From assembly GCA_964595645.1 (NCBI GenBank), contig CAZQQT010000003.1:128001-192000 (forward strand): 64,000 bases of DNA, read 5' to 3'. The stretch comes from an uncultured Thermococci archaeon. Lineage in GTDB: Archaea; Methanobacteriota_B; Thermococci; Methanofastidiosales; B48-G16. The notes under the pieces are model-generated. The model ran no database searches, was not told the DNA's origin, and saw only the letters and a list, made by a program, of their open reading frames with translations. A program made the position numbers and the translations under genes. Shown here piece after piece: positions 12,921 through 23,280 of the stretch; position 1 is the stretch's first letter, and each line of letters begins with the position of its first letter.

Positions 12921-13052
12921 AGTGTATCACAGAAGCTTTTTAAAGGTTTTGGTGTGTACTTAAATACTACTAATGAAAAGGATATATAACGAATGAAATT
13001 AATTAGAATTCTTTTTTTTCATTAAGAATTAGAAATAGTTCATAAGTTTATC

Positions 13053-14990
13053 TCACAAACTAAAAAATACGTCCAGCGTCCTCCGTAGATTCCCCTCTTT
13101 ATCTCTGAGCACTCTCAGTCGTTCCTTCATCCATCGAGAGAGATTTCTCTTTACAAAAGGTTGAGCGACTCTGTAATCGAGGAAAACGATGGATGCTCTA
13201 TCCTCCAACAGTCGGTGTGCTCTTCCCGCGGCCTGATTGAGCTTTCTGTGAGCGGGAAGGTAATACCCATAGTATTTTCCCCTTCCTGGAAATACTCCTG
13301 CATAATACTGTATCTGCGCCTTCACACGGGCTGTGGGACGGGCATAGGGCACGCCAACAAGCACGACGGTATTCATTTCGTCTCCAGGGTAGTCCTCGCC
13401 CTCAGCGTTTCTCCCGCCCATCACCCCAAGAAGTACGGCTCCTCCTTTATCAGCATGTGCTTTGAACTCTCGAACGAGGACATCGTTTTCACTCGATCGG
13501 GAGCCCCTATCCTCAACAAAAAGAGGTTTCTCGATCACCTGCTGCAGACCAGCAGATAGAATCCCCTCCAAGACGTTATATGACACGGTGAACACCCCCA
13601 CATTTTTTGGTACGGCATCCGCTACCTCCAGTATTCTTTTTACGTACTTTCGGTACATCTCTTGATCTCTGTATGGGCCCTTTGTCGTTACTCCCTTTGC
13701 TATGAGTGTGAGAATATTCGATCGCTTGAATGGTGAGCTGAAGACCTTCGATTCATAGTTTTTTAACCCAATTACATCACAGAATGCGTCTAACGGTGTT
13801 AAAGTACCGGACATACATATTACAGAATACGCAGCCGAAAACACCTGGTTTGTGATATTTCGGGGATCGAGATCGAGGATATTTAGTCGTAGCGAGGATG
13901 CTCCCCCGCGCGTGGTGTAACGTTCTATCAGGTAGCAGTAGTCGTCCCTCTCCCTTACCTTTATCCAGTTAGAGACGAACACACCTGCGCTGTGAATGAA
14001 GGATCGGGGCGGCTTCCCCTGGTTGAGTTTATCCTTCTGTATCTCTCCTCCGCGCTTGATCAGATACTGTGAAAAATCGTCGATTGCCTTCTCTGTGGAA
14101 ACATCCACAAACTGCGATCGCCTTCCGGTAAGTCGAGAGATGAGATCCTGGTAGGTGAGCAGTGTCTCATCTTCAAGTTGAATATCGTCCGGAAGAGAGA
14201 GGATCACCTCGTACAGTGTTTCTAGAAATGCGAGTATCTCATCCTCTTCGTAATCCGTCGCCTCATTAATACCTGCTTTTAATGACGGCAACGAGAGTCT
14301 ATCTGTACCGAGATCTGCCGCCATTTCAGGTAAATTGTGGGCTTCATCCAGTACCACGATAATATCGTCCAGCTGGCAACCTATCGTCTCCAGAAAGTTA
14401 TCCCGGATACCTGGATGGAACAGATAGTAATACGAGCAAGAAATAAGATCCGCTTCTCTCAGGATCTCCTTTGTGACCTCATATGGGCACAGCATATCAT
14501 CCCTGCATACCTCCTTCACCTCGAGGGAGTTCATGGCTTTCTTTGAAAATCGTAACGCCAGCTCAAAAATAAGATCTTCTTTCTCTGCTAAATTGGTAAA
14601 GAATTTACATTTTTCTTCTTTTTTTAGTAGACGACAGACGTAGAGTGCTGATGCCATATCACCAGAGAAATCTGTTACCAATGGGTTCAAACACATCTCT
14701 TTCCTCCCACGGAGTGACATCCCAGATACTGGCCAATTCTTTCCTATCTCCTTCAGTTCTTCAATGACACGATCCATCTGTTTGTGTGTTCTACAACAGT
14801 ATACGATCTTCTTCGCCTGTTCATCTGCTATCGGGAGGATAGATGCAAGCACACCAGGAGTTTTTCCAAATCCTGTCGCAGCTTCTATCGCCACGTTTTT
14901 TCCCATTTTTACGTTTTTGTATATCATTCTCATGAACTCTTCTTGGCCTTTTCTAAAGGTGGGATAGGGAAAGTACTCCTCGGGCTCCAT
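13053..14990 (-). CDS. xpd: XPD/Rad3/DinG-family Fe-S DNA helicase
   Basis: EAATGFGKT, four Fe-S Cys ending in CPY, DEAH, SGTL, QAAGRAHR. Confidence 0.92.
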   Translation of the reverse strand: MEPEEYFPYPTFRKGQEEFMRMIYKNVKMGKNVAIEAATGFGKTPGVLASILPIADEQAKKIVYCCRTHKQMDRVIEELKEIGKNWPVSGMSLRGRKEMCLNPLVTDFSGDMASALYVCRLLKKEEKCKFFTNLAEKEDLIFELALRFSKKAMNSLEVKEVCRDDMLCPYEVTKEILREADLISCSYYYLFHPGIRDNFLETIGCQLDDIIVVLDEAHNLPEMAADLGTDRLSLPSLKAGINEATDYEEDEILAFLETLYEVILSLPDDIQLEDETLLTYQDLISRLTGRRSQFVDVSTEKAIDDFSQYLIKRGGEIQKDKLNQGKPPRSFIHSAGVFVSNWIKVRERDDYCYLIERYTTRGGASSLRLNILDLDPRNITNQVFSAAYSVICMSGTLTPLDAFCDVIGLKNYESKVFSSPFKRSNILTLIAKGVTTKGPYRDQEMYRKYVKRILEVADAVPKNVGVFTVSYNVLEGILSAGLQQVIEKPLFVEDRGSRSSENDVLVREFKAHADKGGAVLLGVMGGRNAEGEDYPGDEMNTVVLVGVPYARPTARVKAQIQYYAGVFPGRGKYYGYYLPAHRKLNQAAGRAHRLLEDRASIVFLDYRVAQPFVKRNLSRWMKERLRVLRDKEGNLRRTLDVFFSL

Positions 14991-15041
14991 ACGGAGAATT
15001 AACCATATACATTAATAAACTCTCCTCTCATAGATCATGCC

Positions 15042-16007
15042 ATGAAAAAGCTCGCGGTAATTACCTTCATTTTGATGGCTGGTCTGGTGGTCGGCACAGT
15101 GAGAGCAGACACGTATGATGCCATTGTAGTGAGAAGCAGCAGTGATGTGATAATAGATCAGGTGATCGCTGAGACTTACTCTCACAAAGCCGGTGTCCCC
15201 GTAATCCTTACGGAGCCTGAAACGCTGAGCACCACAGCACGGCGAGCTCTTGAAGGACTCAAGGCGCAGGATGCAGAGAGAATTCTAGTTATCGGGGGAT
15301 CTCAGGCTGTATCAGATACCGTAGAGAGTGAGATACGGAGTATGGGGTATGATGTTGATAGAAAATGGGGCACAGATAGAAATGTCACGGCTGCAATTGT
15401 TGCCATCGATCTCTGGAAATCTGCCGAAAATATCATTCTGATTAATGGTAGCGTGCCTGAGAGTTTTTTAATCGCGCTGGAAACATCATACAAACTTAAA
15501 GCACCAATTCTCCTTTTAGAAGAAAATGAAATTCCTGAAGCTACTCTAGAAGCTATTGATCAGCTCAATCCAAAAATTATATACGTAGTAGGCCCAAAAA
15601 TACCCGATATCTCAACGCTTCCCGGAGAAAAAAGGTACGTGGGGACAGATATTGAAGCAAAAGAAATCCCAGAACAGGGGGAAGAAATGAGTTTCGATCT
15701 TTTATCCCTTCTGATAGGGTCTGTAATTGGTGGCATAATAATATTTTTAGTCTACAGAGTATACAAAAGGAGAATCAGCGTGGAAGTACCGCTATTCGTT
15801 CTTACCGAAGATGAACGGAAGATTATAGATGCGATAAAAACTGCAGACGATGAAATGAAACAGGAGGATCTCCCAGAGAAAACGGGATTCTCACGACCCA
15901 AAGTAACAAAAATTATCCAAGATCTGGAAAATAAAAAGATAATCTCCAGAGCGAAGTATGGAAAAACTTATAAAGTAACGCTTGAGAAAAAATTTGTTAA
16001 AACATAA
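15042..16007 (+). CDS. membrane-anchored protein: signal peptide, CWB2-like repeats, TM, C-terminal winged HTH
   Basis: PVILT..IGG..AVS..R.WG.DR..T repeat; TM LLSLLIGSVIGGIIIFLVY; LTEDERKII..QEDL..TGFSRPKVTKIIQDLE. Confidence 0.8.
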   Translation: MKKLAVITFILMAGLVVGTVRADTYDAIVVRSSSDVIIDQVIAETYSHKAGVPVILTEPETLSTTARRALEGLKAQDAERILVIGGSQAVSDTVESEIRSMGYDVDRKWGTDRNVTAAIVAIDLWKSAENIILINGSVPESFLIALETSYKLKAPILLLEENEIPEATLEAIDQLNPKIIYVVGPKIPDISTLPGEKRYVGTDIEAKEIPEQGEEMSFDLLSLLIGSVIGGIIIFLVYRVYKRRISVEVPLFVLTEDERKIIDAIKTADDEMKQEDLPEKTGFSRPKVTKIIQDLENKKIISRAKYGKTYKVTLEKKFVKT

Positions 16008-16019
16008 AAGGTGAATCGA

Positions 16020-16172
16020 ATGAAATGTACATCATGTCATCGGGAGATAGCCCCGGATGAAAAAAGTGTAAAGTTTCCATGTCCTACATGTGATAGAATC
16101 ATCGTGAGATGTGAGAAATGCAGAGTGCTAGCGAATCCCTATAAATGCGAATGTGGATTTGAGGGACCGTGA
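16020..16172 (+). CDS. Zn-finger protein, HVO_2753/DUF1610 family
   Basis: Manual translation [28 protein letters not shown]; conserved position upstream of EF-1beta. Confidence 0.9.
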   Translation: MKCTSCHREIAPDEKSVKFPCPTCDRIIVRCEKCRVLANPYKCECGFEGP

Positions 16173-16176
16173 TACC

Positions 16177-16452
16177 ATGACAGACTATAACGTTGTCGCA
16201 ACACTGCGGGTCACGCCAAAATCACCTGAAGTGGACAAAGACGCATTGAAAAAGGGAATTGAACAGTGTATACCATCTACTATGAAACTCCACAAAATAG
16301 AAGAGGAGCCGATAGCCTTTGGACTAGTGGCCTTCAACGTCTTCGTTCTTCTCAATGAGAACGAGGGTGGAGTTGAAGGTGTAGAAAAGAAAATCAAGGA
16401 GATAAAGGACGTCAGCCAGGCTGATGTGACCGACGCGAGGAAGTTACTTTAA
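16177..16452 (+). CDS. ef1b: translation elongation factor 1-beta
   Basis: P.SPEVD, EEEPIAFGLVA. Confidence 0.95.
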   Translation: MTDYNVVATLRVTPKSPEVDKDALKKGIEQCIPSTMKLHKIEEEPIAFGLVAFNVFVLLNENEGGVEGVEKKIKEIKDVSQADVTDARKLL

Positions 16453-17157
16453 CTTTTCAATATATTCTCCCACTTTTTCTCCTGTAAGTTTTTTAAATTC
16501 TTTTGTTTTTCTGTCTATTAACGCCATTTCAATGGTGCTTTTATCGATTTCGCCTTCTATAGAAGTCTTCAAAGCTTTCAATGCGAGCATTATTGCTTCA
16601 TCCGTTTTCATATTGTTTTGATACTCTTCTTCAAAAACCTTCATTGCGGTATCTTTTCCTTCACCTATCGCTGTGGCTTTCCATGCCAGGTAAGCACCTG
16701 ATGGCTCCGTAACGAAGAGCTCCGGTTCATCGTTGATTCCTGCTATAATCAGCGAGACTCCAAAGGGTCGTAGTCCGCCGTACTGCGTGTACTGCTGTTT
16801 GAGATCTCCTATCTTTTTTGCCAATGTGGAGGTCATTATCGGTTCTCCATATGACAGTCTGTTTATCTGTGCTTCCAGACGAGCTCTGTCCACCAAGACC
16901 CGTGCATCGCTGATGATCCCTGAAGTTGCCACACCAATATGCTTGTCGACCTTGAATATCTTTTCGAATGATTCCGGCTCAACAAGTTTTGAAGGGATTC
17001 GTTTATCCACAGCTAGGACAATTCCGCCTTTATACTGTAAACCTAGCGCTGTGGCGCCTTTTTTTACAGCTTCGCTTGCATAAGAAACCTGGTATAGACT
17101 TCCATCGGGGCTGAATACTGTGATAGCTCTATCATACCCCATTCCTTTTGGCATCAT
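16444..17157 (-). CDS. psmA: proteasome subunit alpha
   Basis: GYDRAITVFSPDG.LYQV.YA, RPFGVSL. Confidence 0.98.
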   Translation of the reverse strand: MMPKGMGYDRAITVFSPDGSLYQVSYASEAVKKGATALGLQYKGGIVLAVDKRIPSKLVEPESFEKIFKVDKHIGVATSGIISDARVLVDRARLEAQINRLSYGEPIMTSTLAKKIGDLKQQYTQYGGLRPFGVSLIIAGINDEPELFVTEPSGAYLAWKATAIGEGKDTAMKVFEEEYQNNMKTDEAIMLALKALKTSIEGEIDKSTIEMALIDRKTKEFKKLTGEKVGEYIEKLK

Positions 17158-17781
17158 TTATTTCACCTTCTCGAGTATTTTCTCTATGTCTTCTGATGAG
17201 AGTTCATTGTATCCAGATTTATCGAGGACGGCAACAGCGATTCCATCTCCTGTGGCTAAATCCCGCTGAATGGCAGCATTTATTGCACGTATACTAAGTT
17301 CTATTCCTTCTTCGATGGTCATACCTTCCTTAAACCTATCTTCGAGGAGACCGTATGCCACAGTAGATCCAGAACCGGTAGAGATCATATTATCTTTATT
17401 GACCCCCCCCAGAGGATCGACGGAGTATGCTTCGGCCTCGGAATCATAACCACCAATGATGAGCCATGCAATGAGCGGGAAATATCGTTGACCCTGAAGG
17501 ATATTGGATGTTAACTGTGCCAGCGCACTGGTAGAAATTTTTTTTCCGTTTTTCATTTCATATAAATTGGCTTCAGCTTGTAGTATTTTCATGAGGTTTT
17601 GTATATCTCCCACTTGACCAGCGCAGGCAGCTCCTATCCTATCTGTTATTTTGAAGAGCTTTTGCGCATTTTTGTGGGCTATTAGATATCCTGCTGACGC
17701 TCTTTTGTCTGTAGCCAGCACCACTCCTTTATCACATGTAATGGCCACAGTAGTTGTACCTTTCTTGAGTTTTTCTTCCAT
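17158..17781 (-). CDS. psmB: proteasome subunit beta
   Basis: 8-aa propeptide then TTTV; DKRAS; STGSGS; RDLATG. Confidence 0.97.
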   Translation of the reverse strand: MEEKLKKGTTTVAITCDKGVVLATDKRASAGYLIAHKNAQKLFKITDRIGAACAGQVGDIQNLMKILQAEANLYEMKNGKKISTSALAQLTSNILQGQRYFPLIAWLIIGGYDSEAEAYSVDPLGGVNKDNMISTGSGSTVAYGLLEDRFKEGMTIEEGIELSIRAINAAIQRDLATGDGIAVAVLDKSGYNELSSEDIEKILEKVK

Positions 17782-17830
17782 TTTTTCACCTATGTTGTAT
17801 AAAAAAGAAAAAATATTTAGATTTTATGTA

Positions 17831-19498
17831 TTACATTGCTCCCGGTGGCATTCCGCCTGGTGCTCCACCTGGGCCTCCTGGTCCACCAGGTGCTCCACCC
17901 GGTGCTCCAGCGCCGCCTTTAAGCTCACTTGCAGCGATTACATCATCGATCCGCAGGATCATGATAGCCGCTTCGGAGGAGGACTTCACAGCCTGAGATT
18001 TGATTCTCAGAGGCTCGACGACACCGTTTTTCATTACATCTTCCGCTTCACCATCAAAGATGTTAAGTCCCATGTTGTTGCCATCCTTTTCATGGGAGGA
18101 TCGCAGTTTCACGAGTATGTCGATCGGATCCATTCCTGCATTCTCTGCGAGTGTTCGCGGAATAATGTCCATGGCTTCGGCGAAGGCCTTTATTGCAAGT
18201 TGTTCTCTGCCACCTACCTTGCTAGCGAAATCTGAAAGTCGTTTTCCGAGTTCTATCTCTGCAGCACCGCCACCTGCAACAATTCTACCGTCTTTAATGA
18301 TTGTAGCGACGACACCTATTGCATCTTCCAGCGCTCTCTCTACAGAGTCCACAAAATGCTCTGTACCTCCTCTCAAGAGGAGAGAGACAGCCTTTGGATG
18401 TTTACAGTCCTCAATAAATGTCATTTTGTCCTTACCTACTCTTTTCTCTTCAACAAGGCCCGCCTTGCCGAGGTCATCTTTGGACAGATCTTCTATTTTG
18501 GTCACTATCTTTCCGCCTGTTGCCTTTGACAATCTCTTCATATCAGACTTTTTGACTCGTCGGATCGCGAAGATTCCCTTCTGGGCCAAGTAATGCTGAG
18601 CCAGATCATCAATTCCTTTCTGGCAGAAGATTACATTTATGCCCTTTGATTCTATGTCTTCTACCATTTTCTTAAGGCTTTTTTCCTCTTCATCGATGAA
18701 CGCCTGCATCTGATCCGGCGAGGTAATTCGTATTTCTGCGTCTGTTTCGGTCTTGTGTACTTCCATGGAGGAGTTCAGGAGTGCTATCTTTGCATTCTTT
18801 ATTTTCCGCGGCATTCCTGAGTGAACTCTTTCCTTGTCAACGAGAATACCTTGGATAAGTGCGGAGTCTTCTACACTGCCTCCTTCTTTTTTCTCTACCT
18901 TAATATTGTCTGTGTTGACAAAGTAGGTATCGTTTTCCTTCTCGGCTATCTGTTTCACAGCTTGAACGGCCAGTTTTGTCAGTGTGCCCTTTGCCTTCTC
19001 GGCACCTTTTCCAGTCATCGCTGTTTCAGCAGCCTGCATCAGGACTTCCTCGTTGTTGGGATCCACCGTGGTAGCCATCTCCTCTAAAATCTCTTCCGCC
19101 TTCTCGGCAGCAGTCTTGTATCCGGATGTGATAATCGTAGGGTGGACGTTCTGGTCCAACAGTGACTGTGCATTTTTCAGTAGTTCACCTGCCAATACTA
19201 CAGCTGTTGTTGTACCATCTCCAATTTCATCATCCTGCGTCTTTGCGACTTCAACTATCATTTTGGCGGCGGGATGTGCAATATCCATCTCATCGAGAAT
19301 TGTTGCACCGTCGTTGGTAATGACAACGTCCCCCAACGAGTCCACGAGCATTTTATCCATTCCCCGTGGCCCAAGAGTAGTTTTCACTGTTTCTGCAACA
19401 ATTCTACCAGCCAATATGTTCATTCTTTGAGCATCTCTTCCCAGAAATCTCTGGGTGTCCTCATCAGTTACCTGCATGGGTTGTTTCATTTTTGCCAT
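17831..19498 (-). CDS. ths: thermosome (group II chaperonin) subunit
   Basis: [30 protein letters not shown]. Confidence 0.98.
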   Translation of the reverse strand: MAKMKQPMQVTDEDTQRFLGRDAQRMNILAGRIVAETVKTTLGPRGMDKMLVDSLGDVVITNDGATILDEMDIAHPAAKMIVEVAKTQDDEIGDGTTTAVVLAGELLKNAQSLLDQNVHPTIITSGYKTAAEKAEEILEEMATTVDPNNEEVLMQAAETAMTGKGAEKAKGTLTKLAVQAVKQIAEKENDTYFVNTDNIKVEKKEGGSVEDSALIQGILVDKERVHSGMPRKIKNAKIALLNSSMEVHKTETDAEIRITSPDQMQAFIDEEEKSLKKMVEDIESKGINVIFCQKGIDDLAQHYLAQKGIFAIRRVKKSDMKRLSKATGGKIVTKIEDLSKDDLGKAGLVEEKRVGKDKMTFIEDCKHPKAVSLLLRGGTEHFVDSVERALEDAIGVVATIIKDGRIVAGGGAAEIELGKRLSDFASKVGGREQLAIKAFAEAMDIIPRTLAENAGMDPIDILVKLRSSHEKDGNNMGLNIFDGEAEDVMKNGVVEPLRIKSQAVKSSSEAAIMILRIDDVIAASELKGGAGAPGGAPGGPGGPGGAPGGMPPGAM

Positions 19499-19610
19499 AT
19501 AAACACCTCATAAGTCTTGTAATAAAAAGTGGATTAGTAGTGATATAAAAAGCTTTGGGTAAAATTTTTTGTAAACATTTCTGAAAGGAGAAAGATGTTA
19601 ATAACCCTAT

Positions 19611-20309
19611 TTATATATAAGTAAGATCCTTTGTGAAGTAGAGGTAATCTTTTCCTTTAAATCGTATTACACCCTTACAGACATAATGTTGATCCATAAG
19701 TCGCCGTATCTCTGCCGGCGCATCTGGATTTGCCAGCATTCTGTTATCGGATAAAGCATCTTTTTTTTCACTTTTTATATAGAACCTCTTCTCCTTTCCT
19801 CTTCTAAACGTCATTCTATCTAAATCGAGATCTAACAGTAAGCGATGCTTACCTTTCCCTTCTTCATTGAGTAAGAAAGTTCTACCATTGAATCCATAAT
19901 GGTTGCAGAGGATCTGTATTGCGGCGAGGTTTTGGGGTTCAACCTTTGTTTTAATCCTCGAGAACTTCTCTTGTTTTAGTATTTTTAAGAGCTCACCTAT
20001 CAATTCATTGCCGTATTCTTTATCCTGTTTTCCTTCTTTTATTAGAAATCTCATTAGATAAACGTTTTTCTCGTCTGCCCACTCTCTCATGCAGTATGCA
20101 GTACCTATAAGCTCATTCTTTTCTTTGAGAGTATATATTTTCCCGTATCGTAAGAGAACTCTCAAAATCCACGGAGATAAAGCTTTTTCTCCGAAGATCT
20201 CAGTGTCTATTTTTATAAGTTCATCCAGTTCTGCCTGAGTCGCTTCCTCTACAATAGTCAACCTTTTTTCCTCCTTGCATATTGTACTACTATAGTAAGT
20301 TACAAACAT
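19611..20309 (-). CDS. GNAT-family N-acetyltransferase with C-terminal extension (start uncertain)
   Basis: QDKEYG acetyl-CoA-like loop, V.P.N.AA motif, YGF. Confidence 0.7.
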   Translation of the reverse strand: MFVTYYSSTICKEEKRLTIVEEATQAELDELIKIDTEIFGEKALSPWILRVLLRYGKIYTLKEKNELIGTAYCMREWADEKNVYLMRFLIKEGKQDKEYGNELIGELLKILKQEKFSRIKTKVEPQNLAAIQILCNHYGFNGRTFLLNEEGKGKHRLLLDLDLDRMTFRRGKEKRFYIKSEKKDALSDNRMLANPDAPAEIRRLMDQHYVCKGVIRFKGKDYLYFTKDLTYI

Positions 20310-20349
20310 TTAAATAAGTTACTCAGCAAAATTATAGCTGAGGGTCATT

Positions 20350-21549
20350 ATGTTTTTCTGGTCACGTGAGAAAGTAAAGAAGGCTGAGATCGAGAACTGG
20401 ATCGAAAACAAATACTCCTCTAAAATTGAAGATATTTTAAATTCCTCAGGTAAATATATGGAAAAAATAGAAAAAGAAAAACAAGAAATTAAGAAAAATC
20501 TCGAAAAAATCAAGTTTAAGGAACCTAACAAAAATGTCTTCAAAAAAATATACAAAAGTGCAATGAGCAGCCGTGATAAGTTCATTAAAAGTCTCAGTAT
20601 GACTATCGAAAAAGCTGAAACAGAGTATAACGATATAGAATCTTTGAAGAAAACGCATCAAGAACTCGTCGAATGTGTCAATTCGATGCAGAAGTATATG
20701 AAAATGCATGGGAAGTATCTCAACATGGTGTATGAAGACGAAATGAAAGAGATAAATAAGTCTTTGCGGGGTTTTGTCAGTAGTGTAGAAAATATTGGTG
20801 AAGAATTGAGAGAAACCGAGTTTATCAAACTTGAGGGACTCATGGGGCTTATTCGCGAAAAAAAATCTAAAAAAGAAGAAATAAAAAATAATGAAAGCAG
20901 TATAAAAGAACTCGAAAATAAAATAGAGAATGCAGATAAAAAAATACAAGATAAAGAGAAAGAACTCTCAAATGTAAAAGGAAAGATAAAAAAGGAGAAG
21001 AAAAAGTCTCAAGAAGAAAAAAATCTAAAAAAGAAGTTTAAAAATGTAGAAAACAAAATTTATAGTAAAATTGCACCATTAAAACGAGAAATGAGAAAAT
21101 TGGATAGGATAGTTGCGGAGAAAAAATTAAAAAAACAGATCCAGGACTACAGAGACTCCCCAGTAACAACATTTCTGCAGGATTCTGATCTTACTGTGTT
21201 CAAAAAAATTGTCCCCCATATCGAGGAAATGGAAACGGATGAGCATAAAAGAGAAAAAACATTAAACTTATTGAATTACATCTTAGAAGGTAATTTAGAA
21301 AATGAAAAAAGGAAATATAAAGAATTAAAAGAAAAAATAGATTCTTTTGAAGTTCCACACAAAGCAAGAGACAAGAGAAATTCTATAAAAAGAGAGATTA
21401 AAAAGTTACGGTCAAGAATAGTACGGTATGAGAAAAAAATCGAGGAAATCGAGGAAAGAAATGATCTTCTCCGAGAAGAAATTGATAGTTCAAAGGAGGA
21501 AATAATAGATGACCTGGAGGAACATTTTGACGTAAAGGTGCAGGAATGA
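20350..21549 (+). CDS. Lys/Glu-rich coiled-coil hypothetical protein
   Basis: Long heptad-rich ORF, translationally coupled to the next gene. Confidence 0.7.
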   Translation: MFFWSREKVKKAEIENWIENKYSSKIEDILNSSGKYMEKIEKEKQEIKKNLEKIKFKEPNKNVFKKIYKSAMSSRDKFIKSLSMTIEKAETEYNDIESLKKTHQELVECVNSMQKYMKMHGKYLNMVYEDEMKEINKSLRGFVSSVENIGEELRETEFIKLEGLMGLIREKKSKKEEIKNNESSIKELENKIENADKKIQDKEKELSNVKGKIKKEKKKSQEEKNLKKKFKNVENKIYSKIAPLKREMRKLDRIVAEKKLKKQIQDYRDSPVTTFLQDSDLTVFKKIVPHIEEMETDEHKREKTLNLLNYILEGNLENEKRKYKELKEKIDSFEVPHKARDKRNSIKREIKKLRSRIVRYEKKIEEIEERNDLLREEIDSSKEEIIDDLEEHFDVKVQE

Positions 21550-22304
21550 AGGAAAAGGTTTTCATCGTTTTTAATTTTCTCGCTGTACAGTTCTTAGGAA
21601 TTTTTGTGGCAGAAAAATTTTTTAAAAAAGATATTGTCGTAATTCAAGGCGGTTCAAATCCATCAACGTCTCTTTATCTGTTTCTCGCGATACTAGTAGC
21701 ATCGGGAATTGTACTTACACTGATAAAGTTCAATCTCAGTAAATTCTTGTACTATTTCGTAGATTATGGGGGGTTATTTCTCATGAACTACTATGTGTTC
21801 ACGTTCTTTATCGGTACCTATCTCTCGCTGGCATCGTCAATTGCTGTTGTAGCTATACGGTATAAAGTGCGGAAATGGTACGTGCTTAACTACTGCACGA
21901 TCATCCTTTCTGTTGGTGTAGTTTCCTTTCTCAGTACCTCACTGAAACCGCTTGTGATAGCAATCCTCATGGTGCTTCTCTCTGTGTACGATGTTATTTC
22001 TGTGTACAAAACAAAACATATGCTCACGCTTGCCGATGACGTGATGGAACAAGGAGGAAGTCAGGTTTTCCGTGGAGAGATAGAGGATGAAACAATAATA
22101 ATAGGGGCGGCAGACATTATCTTTCCGAATCTACTTATCGTTTCCATGTACTACAACTATGGGATACCGCTGTATCTCGTGACGGCTTCACTCTCACTTT
22201 TTGGACTTCTGCTTGCCACGCGTTTCTACAGAGAAGAAGGGCTCCCTATGATGCCCTTTGTTTCGTTGGGTGTGGTTGGAGTGGTGATAGCATCGATTTT
22301 ATGA
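21546..22304 (+). CDS. presenilin/SPP-family intramembrane aspartyl protease
   Basis: Multi-TM; YD..SVYKTKHM; GAAD (GxGD-like); GLPMMP (PAL-like). Confidence 0.85.
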   Translation: MKEKVFIVFNFLAVQFLGIFVAEKFFKKDIVVIQGGSNPSTSLYLFLAILVASGIVLTLIKFNLSKFLYYFVDYGGLFLMNYYVFTFFIGTYLSLASSIAVVAIRYKVRKWYVLNYCTIILSVGVVSFLSTSLKPLVIAILMVLLSVYDVISVYKTKHMLTLADDVMEQGGSQVFRGEIEDETIIIGAADIIFPNLLIVSMYYNYGIPLYLVTASLSLFGLLLATRFYREEGLPMMPFVSLGVVGVVIASIL

Positions 22305-22927
22305 AGGCATTAAAGGACATGTACTATCTGGTGAATCGGGGGTATAGTCAAGACTCAGCTGTACGTATTGTTGGTGATCATTATCAGCTTGAAAAGGAAG
22401 AACGATACAAATTGAAGCGAATAGTGTTTCCGGAAAGAGAAATATCACGTACAGAGAAGAAAAAACGCGAAATTACCTATATTAAAGATAAAAAAATGGC
22501 TGTGGATGGATACAATGTACTTATTACCACAGAATCGGTGCTCAAAAATGATGTATTCCTCTGTTTTGATGGAGTGGTGCGAGATGTGCAGGGAATATTT
22601 AAAAAATATAAGTTTGATGAAGAAGGTGAGAGAGCACTGGAAGAGATATTCTCCGTGCTCACGAAGTATCCACCGAAGGATACGCAATTTTTTTTCGATG
22701 TGCAGATAAGTAAAAGCGGAGAACTCTGTTCCCGCGTTCGGCGGATGCTTAGAACCCGTGGATTAGAGGGGGATGCACAAACGACGAAGAGCGTTGATTA
22801 CGCGCTAAAAAATCGTAAAATGCTCACAGCAACAAATGATTCAGTGATTATCCAGGAGCTAGATGAATTTGTAGATATTCCCCACGCCATATGGCGTCGA
22901 AAATACCTTCCCAAACATTATAAATAA
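22301..22927 (+). CDS. DUF434-domain (PIN-like) protein
   Basis: YLVNRGY..VGDHYQL, VDGYNVLIT, DGVVRD, SKSGEL. Confidence 0.85.
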   Translation: MKALKDMYYLVNRGYSQDSAVRIVGDHYQLEKEERYKLKRIVFPEREISRTEKKKREITYIKDKKMAVDGYNVLITTESVLKNDVFLCFDGVVRDVQGIFKKYKFDEEGERALEEIFSVLTKYPPKDTQFFFDVQISKSGELCSRVRRMLRTRGLEGDAQTTKSVDYALKNRKMLTATNDSVIIQELDEFVDIPHAIWRRKYLPKHYK

Positions 22928-22950
22928 GAACAGTACATATAACTATACAT

Positions 22951-23199
22951 ATGGCGAAACTCCCAAATCTCGAGAAGATGATACGCGAGAGAAAGGAAAC
23001 TATTGAAAAAGAAAAGAAAAGGAAAGAAAAAATACTCGAGAAAATCAACAAACCGCTTTCGGGCAACGAGGAGAAAAAATGCATGCTGTGTACGTACTAC
23101 GAGAAAGAGACGGAAACACACGGGCACTGTAAAAAACATGACAAAAAGGTGCTGGCATACTACTTCTGTGAGGATTTTGTGCCTAAATCCGAAGAGTGA
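22951..23199 (+). CDS. small Cys-rich protein
   Basis: CxxC..GxC..C.xF motif after a coiled-coil N-terminus. Confidence 0.65.
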   Translation: MAKLPNLEKMIRERKETIEKEKKRKEKILEKINKPLSGNEEKKCMLCTYYEKETETHGHCKKHDKKVLAYYFCEDFVPKSEE

Positions 23200-23280
23200 G
23201 TGTTTTGAGACAGCTCCTTTACGCGGTTGAACAAAACATTTATATTGTATCGCATTACATACAATTGTAACGGTGAAAGA

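Noticed and set aside
17651-19513. Long antisense ORFs over the thermosome (similar ones over ftsZ, rrp42 and the ATPase)
   Set aside because: Shadow frames of strongly conserved genes, with no motifs or RBS.
20350-21549. SMC/Rad50 or ESCRT-like assignment for the coiled-coil protein
   Set aside because: No Walker motifs or hinge; low-complexity K/E composition makes such similarity unreliable.
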